A stretch of 64,000 nt of DNA from an uncultured cyanobacterium. Its GTDB lineage: Bacteria; Cyanobacteriota; Cyanobacteriia; Pseudanabaenales; Pseudanabaenaceae. A program made the position numbers and the translations under genes. The notes under the pieces were generated by a model, which did no database searches, was not told the origin of the DNA, and saw only the letters and a list, made by a program, of their open reading frames with translations. The stretch is taken from positions 640,001 through 704,000 of the forward strand of contig OY969811.1 of the NCBI GenBank assembly GCA_963703315.1. Reading direction: 5' to 3'. Shown here piece after piece: positions 10,403 to 19,138 of this stretch (within the stretch, counting starts at the first letter, position 1; each line of letters begins with the position of its first letter).

Positions 10403-11899
10403 ATGCAAATACGAATCGTAGAACAATTACAATTATTGATTGCCTTTAGCAATGGCGATCGCACTGACTGGACTACACTTTTGCCCCTGCTTGAAGCAGA
10501 CTCATTGAGGGTGAGGGTGTCTGCCTATCAGCTTTTGCGCGAATGTCCGCATGAACCTAACATTGATGATTATTTACTGCAACATATTCCCTATGAAGCC
10601 TTTTACCGCATTCACGAATTCTCAGAACTTGATTATCGCAAGTTGAATTCAGGGCAATATTTGATTCCGCTTGATAGCAAAAGTTTTATATGTTGGTTTG
10701 ACAATGGCGAGATTCGGCGAATCGATCCATTTACGGGCGCTCTTCTCAACTCATCGCCGCCCAATTGCAAAGATAGGTGTTCAGTATCAGCTTGTGCCAT
10801 TCATCCCAATGACAATCTCATTTATCAAGCATTGACCAATGGCAAGATCCAAATTTTGGATTATGCACACCAGACAATCGCAGGATTTTTAGAGCCATAT
10901 ACTCAGCTTGAAGGGCATCATGTTCCAACGTTGGACTCCTTAGCTTGCGATCGCGCAGGACAGATTTTGGTGGGATATATTGGCAAAACGGCTACTTTAT
11001 TGGTCTGGGATTTGGCTTCGGGCAAGTTGCGCGATCGCTATGAAACGAATATCAATACTCATAGATTTCCCAGAATGTGTCTAACCCCGAATGGACGTTA
11101 CGCTGCTTTTACGGTGTCAGATGGGGTACAGATTTTCGATTTCCAAAACCGACAAATGCTTGCTCGCATTAGTCCTCATTTTACCTATCTAAATCCGATT
11201 ATTAGTCCTGTTGGCAATAGCCTAATTGTGGATGATGTGCAAATCATTCAAGAACGTAGGTTTTTTGATGGTGCCGTGCGCCACGAAAGTCAATTACCTG
11301 AACAGATTTTCAAAAGTTATCCAGATCGTTGTTGTCTAGGGTACGAAGGACATATACCTCATGTGGCGGCGATCGCCCCTGATGGTAAAACGCTCTTGAT
11401 CAAAGTAGAAAAAAATGATTATCTGTTATGGGACTTTCGTTCCCATCGATTACGTCGCCGTCATATCAGAGGAGGTGAGGCTTTATTTAGTCCTAATGGT
11501 CAATTTTTTATTGTCAGAGATGAAGGATTACAAGTTTGGGGAATTCGCAAGTATTTGCCAAAACTGCATGATCTCACCCCCAGTCAAGAGATATCTGATT
11601 TGTTCAGACTATGTACATCGGTATGGTCTGATGATAAGTCGATGTGTGCGATCGCGCCAACTGAAGAAGCCCTCATTTACAATTTTATGCAAATGGCAAA
11701 GCGTCATGGTTATCAGTTTGCTGTTGATGACATTCGCAAACGAGTTATCTATAAAAGCACCTATTTTTTTGATTGCTACACAATAGGAAAAGAAAGGGGA
11801 ATTCCTTGGCATGATTTGAAGCCACAGTTTGAGCAAGCCAGTTACCAGTATTCCTCAGGCTCATACTCAATGGCAGATCCATCACATTTTCCATTCTGA
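10403..11899 (+). CDS. WD40-like beta-propeller protein with a possible C-terminal Nif11-like segment
   Basis: Repeated LVWDL/IFDF/LLWDF and SPNG/APDG turns. Confidence 0.7.
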   Translation: MQIRIVEQLQLLIAFSNGDRTDWTTLLPLLEADSLRVRVSAYQLLRECPHEPNIDDYLLQHIPYEAFYRIHEFSELDYRKLNSGQYLIPLDSKSFICWFDNGEIRRIDPFTGALLNSSPPNCKDRCSVSACAIHPNDNLIYQALTNGKIQILDYAHQTIAGFLEPYTQLEGHHVPTLDSLACDRAGQILVGYIGKTATLLVWDLASGKLRDRYETNINTHRFPRMCLTPNGRYAAFTVSDGVQIFDFQNRQMLARISPHFTYLNPIISPVGNSLIVDDVQIIQERRFFDGAVRHESQLPEQIFKSYPDRCCLGYEGHIPHVAAIAPDGKTLLIKVEKNDYLLWDFRSHRLRRRHIRGGEALFSPNGQFFIVRDEGLQVWGIRKYLPKLHDLTPSQEISDLFRLCTSVWSDDKSMCAIAPTEEALIYNFMQMAKRHGYQFAVDDIRKRVIYKSTYFFDCYTIGKERGIPWHDLKPQFEQASYQYSSGSYSMADPSHFPF

Positions 11900-11934
11900 T
11901 CTCCTCCTCTTACCGTAGTGCGATCGCCGATCTC

Positions 11935-11964
11935 GTAGGTTAGGTTGAGATGCGAAACCCAACG
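11935..11964 (+). repeat. GTAG-type REP-like sequence
   Basis: gtaggttaggttgagatgcgaaacccaac. Confidence 0.6.
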
Positions 11965-12018
11965 CCATCAGGCTTTAACGACCATAAATATTGGGGTTGC
12001 AATATTTACGCAGCAAAT

Positions 12019-12056
12019 TCCATAAAAAAGACTCGCAATGCGAGTCTTATTGATTA
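12019..12056 (+). repeat. Right half of the ~73-bp direct repeat, including a terminator-like hairpin
   Basis: tccataaaaaagactcgcaatgcgagtcttattgatta matches 13163-13201. Confidence 0.85.
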
Positions 12057-12256
12057 GGCACTGGTCAGCTAATGGGGGATGGGTACTGAAACGCCAATTT
12101 CATGCCAACTAAAAAGGCGTAAATAAGTAGCTCAGTATAGTTAAAACCCAAAACCAGAGCTTGTGCCGCCCGCTACGCGGGCGGCACAAGCCTCTAGGTT
12201 TTAAGTTTACTTATGCCTAGCTACTTACGTTGATCACGCTTTAGCTGTCCAGTGCC
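12057..12256. mobile_element. MITE with 16-bp TIRs (GGCACTGGTCAGCTAA / TTAGCTGTCCAGTGCC) containing a nested family A element
   Basis: TIRs match 15/16; a related end occurs at 34102-34117. Confidence 0.6.
12124..12227. mobile_element. Family A palindromic element (nested)
   Basis: TA-AGTAGCT...gcttgtgccgcccgc-tac-gcgggcggcacaagc...AGCTACT-TA. Confidence 0.8.
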
Positions 12257-12283
12257 CATTTTCGTTTTTCCAAGAGAATCTAC

Positions 12284-12300
12284 TACAATGTACTAGTACA
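12284..12300 (+). promoter_or_regulatory. Putative -10 (TACAAT) plus palindromic operator TGTACTAGTACA of the TA operon
   Basis: Perfect 12-bp palindrome overlapping the -10, just upstream of the antitoxin. Confidence 0.45.
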
Positions 12301-12318
12301 GTTCGATTCAGGTGCAAT

Positions 12319-12672
12319 ATGTCCCTAATGAGCGCCCCAGAGAAATTTCAAGTGATATCGCCACCTTTTCGTTGGGATGATGCAGGAGGTGTTCGTATCG
12401 GTTCAAGTCGCGTAACACTGGATAGTCTACTCACTTCCTATCACAATGGCTGCACTCCTGAAGAAATCGCTATTCAGTATTCAGTTCTTCATTTAGAAGA
12501 CATATACAGTGCGATTGCTTATTATCTAAACCATCGTGAGGAAATTGACAATTATTTGGAGCAACGCAATCAACAAGCTCAAAAACTCAGGCAACAACTT
12601 ACTCAAAAGCACGACCTAGCGAATCTGAGGCATCGCTTACTTACTCGTCAGTTACAAAACGAATCGAGGTAA
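12319..12672 (+). CDS. DUF433 antitoxin (VapB45-like)
   Basis: GGVRIGSSRVTLD...G.TPEEIA.QY..L.LEDIYSAIAYY. Confidence 0.9.
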   Translation: MSLMSAPEKFQVISPPFRWDDAGGVRIGSSRVTLDSLLTSYHNGCTPEEIAIQYSVLHLEDIYSAIAYYLNHREEIDNYLEQRNQQAQKLRQQLTQKHDLANLRHRLLTRQLQNESR

Positions 12673-12673
12673 A

Positions 12674-13024
12674 ATGCGCCTTCTAACTGACGAAAATTTT
12701 AACGGGGCTATATTGCGTGGTCTAATGAGACGTTTGCCTACATTGGATGTAATTCGTGTTCAAGACGTAGGGTTAAAGAATACTGATGATCCAGTTATAT
12801 TGGAATGGGCGGCGAATGAGGGACGTGTCTTGCTTACCCATGATGTAGCCACCATTACGATGTATGCATATGAGCGAGTCAATCAAGGATTACCCATGAC
12901 TGGAGTTGTGGAAGTGATTGCGACAGCCGCCATTGGTAAAATCATTGATGACTTAGAATTATTTATTTGTTGCAGCGAACCTGAAGAATATGAGGGTCAA
13001 GTTCTTTTTATACCTTTCTCCTAA
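12674..13024 (+). CDS. DUF5615 PIN-like toxin (VapC45-like)
   Basis: MRLLTDENF...DDPVILEWAANEGRVLLTHD; starts 1 bp after the antitoxin stop. Confidence 0.9.
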   Translation: MRLLTDENFNGAILRGLMRRLPTLDVIRVQDVGLKNTDDPVILEWAANEGRVLLTHDVATITMYAYERVNQGLPMTGVVEVIATAAIGKIIDDLELFICCSEPEEYEGQVLFIPFS

Positions 13025-13036
13025 AGCCCAGTCAAA

Positions 13037-13125
13037 GCCTAACACTGCGTTGGAGCTGACTACTAGACAGTGATCTTCAAAAGGCAAAGCTGCTTATCTG
13101 CCGCCGCACAACTTCACCGTTAGGT
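13037..13125 (+). other. Integron attC recombination site (solitary)
   Basis: R'' GCCTAAC, 5-bp spacer, L'' GTTGGAGC ... L' GCACAAC, 6-bp spacer, R' GTTAGGT; 89 bp; 12 bp after the toxin stop. Confidence 0.75.
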
Positions 13126-13128
13126 TGC

Positions 13129-13201
13129 TTTTTTGAATGCATTATAGCGGCTTGCCAAAAACTCCATAAAAAAAGACTCGCATTGCGAGTCTTATTGATT
13201 A
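13129..13201 (+). repeat. Intact copy of the ~73-bp direct repeat; includes the probable cysE terminator
   Basis: aagactcgc-att-gcgagtctt with an A-tract (U-tail on the minus strand). Confidence 0.8.
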
Positions 13202-14002
13202 AATACCGCCACCTTCAGAAAATCCTTCATATTCTTGAGGATGTTCAAAATGATTAGCACGATCGGAAGGCGTAAGATGACGAGGACGAACATTCTTCAG
13301 CAATTCTGAATCAATGATGTAGTTATTAACTGGGTGTAAAGTATGCGCTTCAGCGTGTCTTTCCAACTGCTCCACACGACCAATTAGCGATCGGATCACA
13401 TCGCCTTCAGGATCGGGAACTTGAAAGTGATCGAGAGCCGAAACTTTGACACCGTGGCGATGCACAATGCGCCCGGGGATACCAACAACAGTGCAATCGG
13501 GAGGGACGCATTTCAAAACCACAGAGCCAGCGCCAATCCGCGAATTGCTACCAATCTCAATATTGCCTAAAACCTTCGCACCAGCGCCAATAACCACGTT
13601 ATTGCCGAGAGTGGGGTGACGCTTGCCTGACTGTTTACCAGTACCGCCGAGAGTTACACCCTGATAAATCAAGACATATTCGCCAATTATCGCCGTTTCG
13701 CCAATTACTACGCCCATACCATGATCAATAAATGCACCCATGCCAATTCTCGCGCCGGGGTGAATTTCGATACCCGTTAAAAATCTCGCAAATTGCGAGA
13801 TCATGCGGGGAATTACGGGTAACTTGAGGCTATGCAACCAATGGGCAAACCGATATAAGACGATCGCATGGAATCCGGGATAGCATAACAGCACTTCTAG
13901 CCAGTTACGCGCAGCAGGGTCGCGTTCAAAAATAATTGCGAAGTCGGCTCGCAGTGTTTTGATAATGTTTTTCAACGGTTTAAAAACCTTTTTTATATTC
14001 AA
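13199..14002 (-). CDS. cysE: Serine O-acetyltransferase
   Basis: [38 protein letters not shown]. Confidence 0.97.
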   Translation of the reverse strand: MNIKKVFKPLKNIIKTLRADFAIIFERDPAARNWLEVLLCYPGFHAIVLYRFAHWLHSLKLPVIPRMISQFARFLTGIEIHPGARIGMGAFIDHGMGVVIGETAIIGEYVLIYQGVTLGGTGKQSGKRHPTLGNNVVIGAGAKVLGNIEIGSNSRIGAGSVVLKCVPPDCTVVGIPGRIVHRHGVKVSALDHFQVPDPEGDVIRSLIGRVEQLERHAEAHTLHPVNNYIIDSELLKNVRPRHLTPSDRANHFEHPQEYEGFSEGGGI

Positions 14003-14067
14003 CTGCTGATTTTAAAATCCTAGCGGATATTTTGTATCAAAGGAAACTACCTTTTGGAATGAATCTT

Positions 14068-14172
14068 TACAGCGCTTTGCGCTGACTTGAAACCCAGAGA
14101 AATTTTTGAGAGCGCGGCGGAGCCGCGCTCTCAAAAATTTCTCTGTACTACTTTAAGTCTCAATAGGCTGTA
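14068..14172. mobile_element. Palindromic MITE-like element, family C (TA-CAGC...GCTG-TA)
   Basis: agagaaatttttgagagcgcggc-gga-gccgcgctctcaaaaatttctct; inverted relative at 34016. Confidence 0.75.
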
Positions 14173-14280
14173 TATAGCTGTTGCCATTTTTATTAAGACA
14201 AATCAAAAACTCAGAAGCAAGTTGTGGCACGAATTGCCGCAACTTGCTTCTGGGATTTTGTCCTAACAAGACTGGCGACC
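14173..14280. mobile_element. Family B element abutting the family C element
   Basis: Inverted, degenerate relative of 47219-47332. Confidence 0.65.
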
Positions 14281-14296
14281 TCTTTTGGATAGTTTT

Positions 14297-14956
14297 TTAG
14301 ATAGGTGCAGAAAGCGCCAAAAATTGCTTTATGTCTTGCCAAAGGCTGTCCAAATTTTTACTTAAGGCATGATCATCATCTAATAATTTTAAAGTAACTT
14401 GCGATCGCCTGTTATTAAATTCTTCGCTGAGAAATGATGGTACAACCTCGTCATTAATACCGTGAAAGATCAGAATTGGTAGCGATCTCGTTAGTTGTGC
14501 TTCCGAATATTTTTGGGCATCCACAAAAAATTGAAATTGTAAATTTACATTACGTTTTAGCCCGTAGTGATAAAACTCACGAATATTATCCTGTTGCCAC
14601 TTCGTAATATTTTCTGCCCCAATCGTCTTGGCAATGCGCTGACTAAAACCAAACGCAGGAGCAAATAAAACTAATTTCTGTACCAAAGGATTTTGGGCAG
14701 CCAGTTGCACCGCCAAAAATCCACCCAGACTAGAGCCGAATACAATAGTCGGATCGCCCTGCTGGAGATAGGTGCGATCGAGATATGCAAGTTGATCGGA
14801 GAGAGTCACCGTCGAGAAGTCAGTAAGATTGAGATCGGGTACGTGCAAAGTAAGTCCTAGTTCCGCGAATTTTTGCTGCATATAGGTAGCTTTGTAGGAA
14901 TTATGGCTAGACGCAAAACCGTGCAAGTACAAATAGTTCATTAACAAATAGTTCAT
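14297..14956 (-). CDS. YqiA/YcfP family alpha/beta hydrolase
   Basis: YLYLHGFASS, GSSLGG, HGINDEVVP, DDDH; start at 14956 or 14941. Confidence 0.88.
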   Translation of the reverse strand: MNYLLMNYLYLHGFASSHNSYKATYMQQKFAELGLTLHVPDLNLTDFSTVTLSDQLAYLDRTYLQQGDPTIVFGSSLGGFLAVQLAAQNPLVQKLVLFAPAFGFSQRIAKTIGAENITKWQQDNIREFYHYGLKRNVNLQFQFFVDAQKYSEAQLTRSLPILIFHGINDEVVPSFLSEEFNNRRSQVTLKLLDDDHALSKNLDSLWQDIKQFLALSAPI

Positions 14957-14981
14957 TAGAGTTTGAGCAAAGCATTTAATT

Positions 14982-15677
14982 ATGAAGATCCTAAAGCCTT
15001 TTGGGTTTGATAAATCTCTACAGCGATCGCTACTAGTGGCGATCGCGATCGGTGGACTCAGCACTGCCTGTAGTCCTGAAGAGCCAAAGGTGCAGACTCC
15101 ACCCCCATCCACTCCAAGTCCTACGACTAAAGTAGAGAATCATGGGATGAATCACGGCTCAATGCACAGTGAAATGAACTTAGGTGTCGCCGATGCTGAC
15201 TATGATTTACGTTTCATTGATGCGATGATTCCTCACCATGAGGGAGCCGTAATCATGGCAAAGGCAGTCCTCGAAAAATCTAAGCGTCCAGAGCTTAAAA
15301 AACTTGCCAATGCGATCATCCAAGCTCAAAACAAAGAAATTGCCGAAATGAAGCAATGGCGCAAGGGTTGGTATCCCAAGGCAACTGATGCACCGATGGC
15401 GTGGCACAAGGAAACAAGTAAAACAATGGCAATGACTCCAGAACAAAAGTCGGCAATGCGAATGGAGATGAATTTGGGGGCAGCAGATCAAGATTTTGAT
15501 TTACGGTTTATCGATGCGATGATTCCTCACCATGAAGGTGCAGTGGTGATGGCAAAGGATGCACTAGGAAAATCTAAGCGATCGGAAATCATGAAATTAG
15601 CAAAAGAGATTATCTCTTCTCAACAAACTGAAATTAACGAAATGAAGAAATGGCGTAAAGCTTGGTATAACAAGTAA
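14982..15677 (+). CDS. DUF305 (CopM-like) metal-binding lipoprotein
   Basis: Two DLRFIDAMIPHHEGAV repeats; lipobox; Met/His-rich. Confidence 0.88.
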   Translation: MKILKPFGFDKSLQRSLLVAIAIGGLSTACSPEEPKVQTPPPSTPSPTTKVENHGMNHGSMHSEMNLGVADADYDLRFIDAMIPHHEGAVIMAKAVLEKSKRPELKKLANAIIQAQNKEIAEMKQWRKGWYPKATDAPMAWHKETSKTMAMTPEQKSAMRMEMNLGAADQDFDLRFIDAMIPHHEGAVVMAKDALGKSKRSEIMKLAKEIISSQQTEINEMKKWRKAWYNK

Positions 15678-15726
15678 AAAGAGAGTTGCAGCGCTTCGCG
15701 CTGCAACTCTCTTTTTACTTGTTATA
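15666..15726. terminator. Perfect 29-bp-arm palindrome overlapping the stops of two convergent genes (likely bidirectional terminator)
   Basis: tataacaagtaaaaagagagttgcagcgc-ttc-gcgctgcaactctctttttacttgttata. Confidence 0.75.
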
Positions 15727-16732
15727 GCGTTCGATTATGAATAGACCCATCAGGCATAATTGTTCCAAAAAGATTTGCCTCTGACAAACTCACTTCATTG
15801 AGATTTGCCAATCGTAAATTAGCCTTAACGAGATTAGTCCCAATCATAAAAGCTGCATCCAATTTCGCAGAAATTAGTTGCGCTCCAATTAAAATCGCGC
15901 CACTCAAATTAGCATGGCTTAACACTGCATCGCTTAAAATCGTATCTTCTAAATTACTATTGCTCAAATCTGCATTACTCAGAATGGCATTACTAAGAAC
16001 TGCACTCTTAAGATTGGCATGACTCAAATTAGTATTGCTTAAATTAGCATTACTGAGAATGGCATCAACCAAATTAGCATGGCTCAAATTAGCTTGATTG
16101 ATAGTGGCATTACTCAGATCGCATTCTTGTAAATTTGCATTACTTAAATCGGCATTGCTTAACTTTACATCTGACAAATTTGCATTACTAAGATCTGCAA
16201 AATCTAGGCTTGCATTGGTAAGATCACTACGCCGTAAATCAGTATTTGCCAAATTAGCATTACTTAAAATCACATTACTTAAGTTAGTTTCGCTCAAGTC
16301 AGCATTATTCAAATCACTTCCATTTAAGTCAGCACCACTCAAATTAGCACCGTTGAAATAAGCTTTAGTTAGATCAGCCCCATGTAAGTTCGCTAAACTC
16401 AAATCGCATCTTTGGAGACAGGCTTCTCGCAAATGGGCATTACTCAAATAAGCACCACTTACTTCGGCATCTCGCAAACTTGCCTTGTATAAATCTGCCT
16501 CACGCAAATTGGCTTTGACTAAATCAGAACCACTCAAATTTGCACCTAATAAATTAGCATTACTTAGATTTGCCCAACGCAAATTAACTCCACTCAAATC
16601 TGCTTCACGAAGATTGGCTCTCCGTAAATTCGTACCACTCAAGTTAGGAATAATCTCAGGATTTTCTTGTCGCCATCGATTCCAGCTAGCTACCCCTTGT
16701 TTCAGCAAAGCTAGATGTTCTGAGTTTCCCAT
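15722..16732 (-). CDS. Pentapeptide repeat protein
   Basis: A(N/D)LXX repeats; EHLALLKQGVASWNRWR N-terminus; GTIMPDG end. Confidence 0.95.
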   Translation of the reverse strand: MGNSEHLALLKQGVASWNRWRQENPEIIPNLSGTNLRRANLREADLSGVNLRWANLSNANLLGANLSGSDLVKANLREADLYKASLRDAEVSGAYLSNAHLREACLQRCDLSLANLHGADLTKAYFNGANLSGADLNGSDLNNADLSETNLSNVILSNANLANTDLRRSDLTNASLDFADLSNANLSDVKLSNADLSNANLQECDLSNATINQANLSHANLVDAILSNANLSNTNLSHANLKSAVLSNAILSNADLSNSNLEDTILSDAVLSHANLSGAILIGAQLISAKLDAAFMIGTNLVKANLRLANLNEVSLSEANLFGTIMPDGSIHNRTL

Positions 16733-16913
16733 ATATGTCTCTTCCTTTTAACCCATGAGGTTGGTTGTAGATTTTAAACTGTTATTTAGTTTTGCCAGAG
16801 CGCAAAGCGCTATATATTGTTTTTGAATGGCTTATAGTCTCACTAAAGTTTCCTTTGGGGAAACAAGAAAAAGTCAGTAATTTATGCTTGGATGAAGCAA
16901 AGGAATATGCGTC

Positions 16914-19109
16914 ATGTCTTCCAATATTTCACCGACTTCTTTAGAGTGGCTCAATTCGCGATCGCAGGTTTTGCAGCCCTATTTAATCACAAAGGCAGAA
17001 CGAGGAATTATTGGTAAAAGCCGCTATGCATTACGGTTACGACAAGAAATTAAAAAGGCTAGTGAAGATCGAGAGCCAGTCTTAATTCTGGGTGAGCCGG
17101 GGTTAGATAAAGACAATATTGCTGCCTTGATTCACTTTAACTCTGCTCAGCGACGGGAGGCGATCGCGAAGGTCAATTGCAGTCTGATCCAAGCGAGTGG
17201 TGCAGACTTGTTTGGGCGATTCGGTGGGAATTTGGGATTGTTGGCATATTTAGGAAAGGGAACTTTAGTTTTAAACAATGTGCAGGAGCTACCTGCGGAA
17301 GTGCTTCCCAAAATTGTGCAACTTTTAGAGAAGCGCACCTTTCAACCTGTGGGTAGCGAAACTGATGAGATGATTGCCTGTGAAACGCGGATTATCATGG
17401 TTTCTGAGAAACGGCAATCTACTTGCGAATCCCATATTAAGCATTCGATCAAGGTTCCATCGCTAAGAGTTCGCAAAGTTGATATCAAACCCCATGTGGA
17501 ATATTACATCAGTCTGTTTTGTCGCGATCGCGGTATTCCTAAACCCAAAATTACGACCGAAGCCCTACGCAGTTTGCAAAGTTATGATTTTCCCAATAAT
17601 TTAAAAGAATTAAAATTTTTAGTAGAGCGAGCGATCGTGCAATCACTGGGCGCACCCGCACTCCATGAATCCGTATTTTGGTCAACCAAACCCAAGGGCA
17701 AAAAGTTTCGCTTTAATCTGCTGAATGCTTATCCCAATTTGCGAAGTTTTTTACGCAGTGACTGGTTTCCCGATCGCCTGAACTATGGCTTTACAATGAC
17801 ATTTTTTGCACTGGTCGTCGCTATGCTGTTTTTAGCGCCCCAAACCCGCGATCGCAATGTAGCACTTAACTTCTTTTGGGCATGGTGGTGGCCTTTGATT
17901 TTGATGGGATTCCCTTTTGTAGGACGCTTATGGTGTGCCATCTGTCCATTTATGATTTATGGCGAGGTGGTGCAGAAACTATCGCTATGGCTATTTCCGC
18001 GTCAGCTAAAACCTTGGAATCGCGATGCGGCTGAACGTTGGGGCGGTTGGTTTTTATTCGGTCTATTTGTACTGATTTATCTATGGGAAGAGCTTTGGAA
18101 TTTGCAAAATACTGCCTATCTTTCCGCTTATTTACTGCTGTTGATTACGGCGGGAGCAATTATCTGTTCATTAATTTTTGAGCGGAGATATTGGTGTCGC
18201 TACCTATGTCCGATTGGCGGTATGAATGGTCTATTTGCGAAGCTCTCGATGATTGAATTACGCGCTCAGCAAGGAACCTGTTCCGCAGAATGTACTACCT
18301 ATCAATGTTACAAAGGTGGTGCTAAAAAAGGAGAAGGATTAGAAACTAATGGATGTCCGCTTTATTCTCACCCTGCTCAACTGCAAGACAACCGCGACTG
18401 TGTGCTATGCATGACCTGCCTGAAGGCTTGTCCCCATCGCTCCGTAGAGTTAAACCTGCGTCCTCCTGCGATCGAGTTATGGACAACCCATGTCCCACGC
18501 ACCTATGAAGTTGCCCTGCTATTGCTATTACTGGGTGGTGCATTTCTCCATCGTTTGCCAGAGATTCAAGCCGCGATCGCTTGGCATTTTGGAGTGACAG
18601 TTAATGACACAGCATTCTTGCCCCACTTGGGACTATCAGTCTTAATTTTACTAATTGTCGCCGCCATTCCCTTAGCTGCCTATGGAACGATGAGATCGCT
18701 GCATTTTATCACCGTTAACTGGAAACGGAATTGCCAAGATCAGCAATTACCCTATGGGATTACCACCTGTAAACCCAAGCCATTTATCCAACTTGCCTAT
18801 GGCTATTTACCGATCGCTCTAGGCGCAAATCTGGCACATTATTTACGCCTCTTTCTACAAGAGGCAGGGCGCATTTTACCCGTAACTTGGGCGACCTTTG
18901 GTATGGATGGCTCGTATCTCCCCATTTTTATCGCTCATCCTGCGGTAATTGAATTTTTGCAAGGGACAACGTTAATTGTCTCAGTGTTATTAACATGGGC
19001 TTTGACTCAAAAAATTGCTAAGCAATCTTGGCGATCGCTATTGCCTCAGCATTTGAGTACGGTGATCTTAGCGATCGCCCTATGGATAATTATCGTGAGT
19101 TCGGGTTAA
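16914..19109 (+). CDS. Sigma-54-interaction-like AAA domain fused to a NapH/RdxA-like 4Fe-4S membrane domain
   Basis: LILGEPGLDKDNIAALIH; GRLWCAICP, RYWCRYLCP, CVLCMTCLKACP. Confidence 0.8.
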   Translation: MSSNISPTSLEWLNSRSQVLQPYLITKAERGIIGKSRYALRLRQEIKKASEDREPVLILGEPGLDKDNIAALIHFNSAQRREAIAKVNCSLIQASGADLFGRFGGNLGLLAYLGKGTLVLNNVQELPAEVLPKIVQLLEKRTFQPVGSETDEMIACETRIIMVSEKRQSTCESHIKHSIKVPSLRVRKVDIKPHVEYYISLFCRDRGIPKPKITTEALRSLQSYDFPNNLKELKFLVERAIVQSLGAPALHESVFWSTKPKGKKFRFNLLNAYPNLRSFLRSDWFPDRLNYGFTMTFFALVVAMLFLAPQTRDRNVALNFFWAWWWPLILMGFPFVGRLWCAICPFMIYGEVVQKLSLWLFPRQLKPWNRDAAERWGGWFLFGLFVLIYLWEELWNLQNTAYLSAYLLLLITAGAIICSLIFERRYWCRYLCPIGGMNGLFAKLSMIELRAQQGTCSAECTTYQCYKGGAKKGEGLETNGCPLYSHPAQLQDNRDCVLCMTCLKACPHRSVELNLRPPAIELWTTHVPRTYEVALLLLLLGGAFLHRLPEIQAAIAWHFGVTVNDTAFLPHLGLSVLILLIVAAIPLAAYGTMRSLHFITVNWKRNCQDQQLPYGITTCKPKPFIQLAYGYLPIALGANLAHYLRLFLQEAGRILPVTWATFGMDGSYLPIFIAHPAVIEFLQGTTLIVSVLLTWALTQKIAKQSWRSLLPQHLSTVILAIALWIIIVSSG

Positions 19110-19138
19110 GAGGCAGACAAGGTGAAGAGGATCAAGAT

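Noticed and set aside
14929..14958. 15-bp tandem duplication at the esterase start (MNYLL-MNYLY)
   Set aside because: Real but trivial slippage; it only gives two possible starts
14957..15112. N-terminal ORF extensions of the esterase (also cpcS 8430-8498, MAPEG 22411-22455, NTase 30915-30962)
   Set aside because: The extensions run through neighbouring genes or repeat elements; downstream ATGs match the family starts
15798..16751. Plus-strand ORFs opposite the pentapeptide gene (and similar shadow ORFs elsewhere, e.g. 59728-60240, 62482-62805)
   Set aside because: Antisense or alternative-frame shadows of well-supported genes
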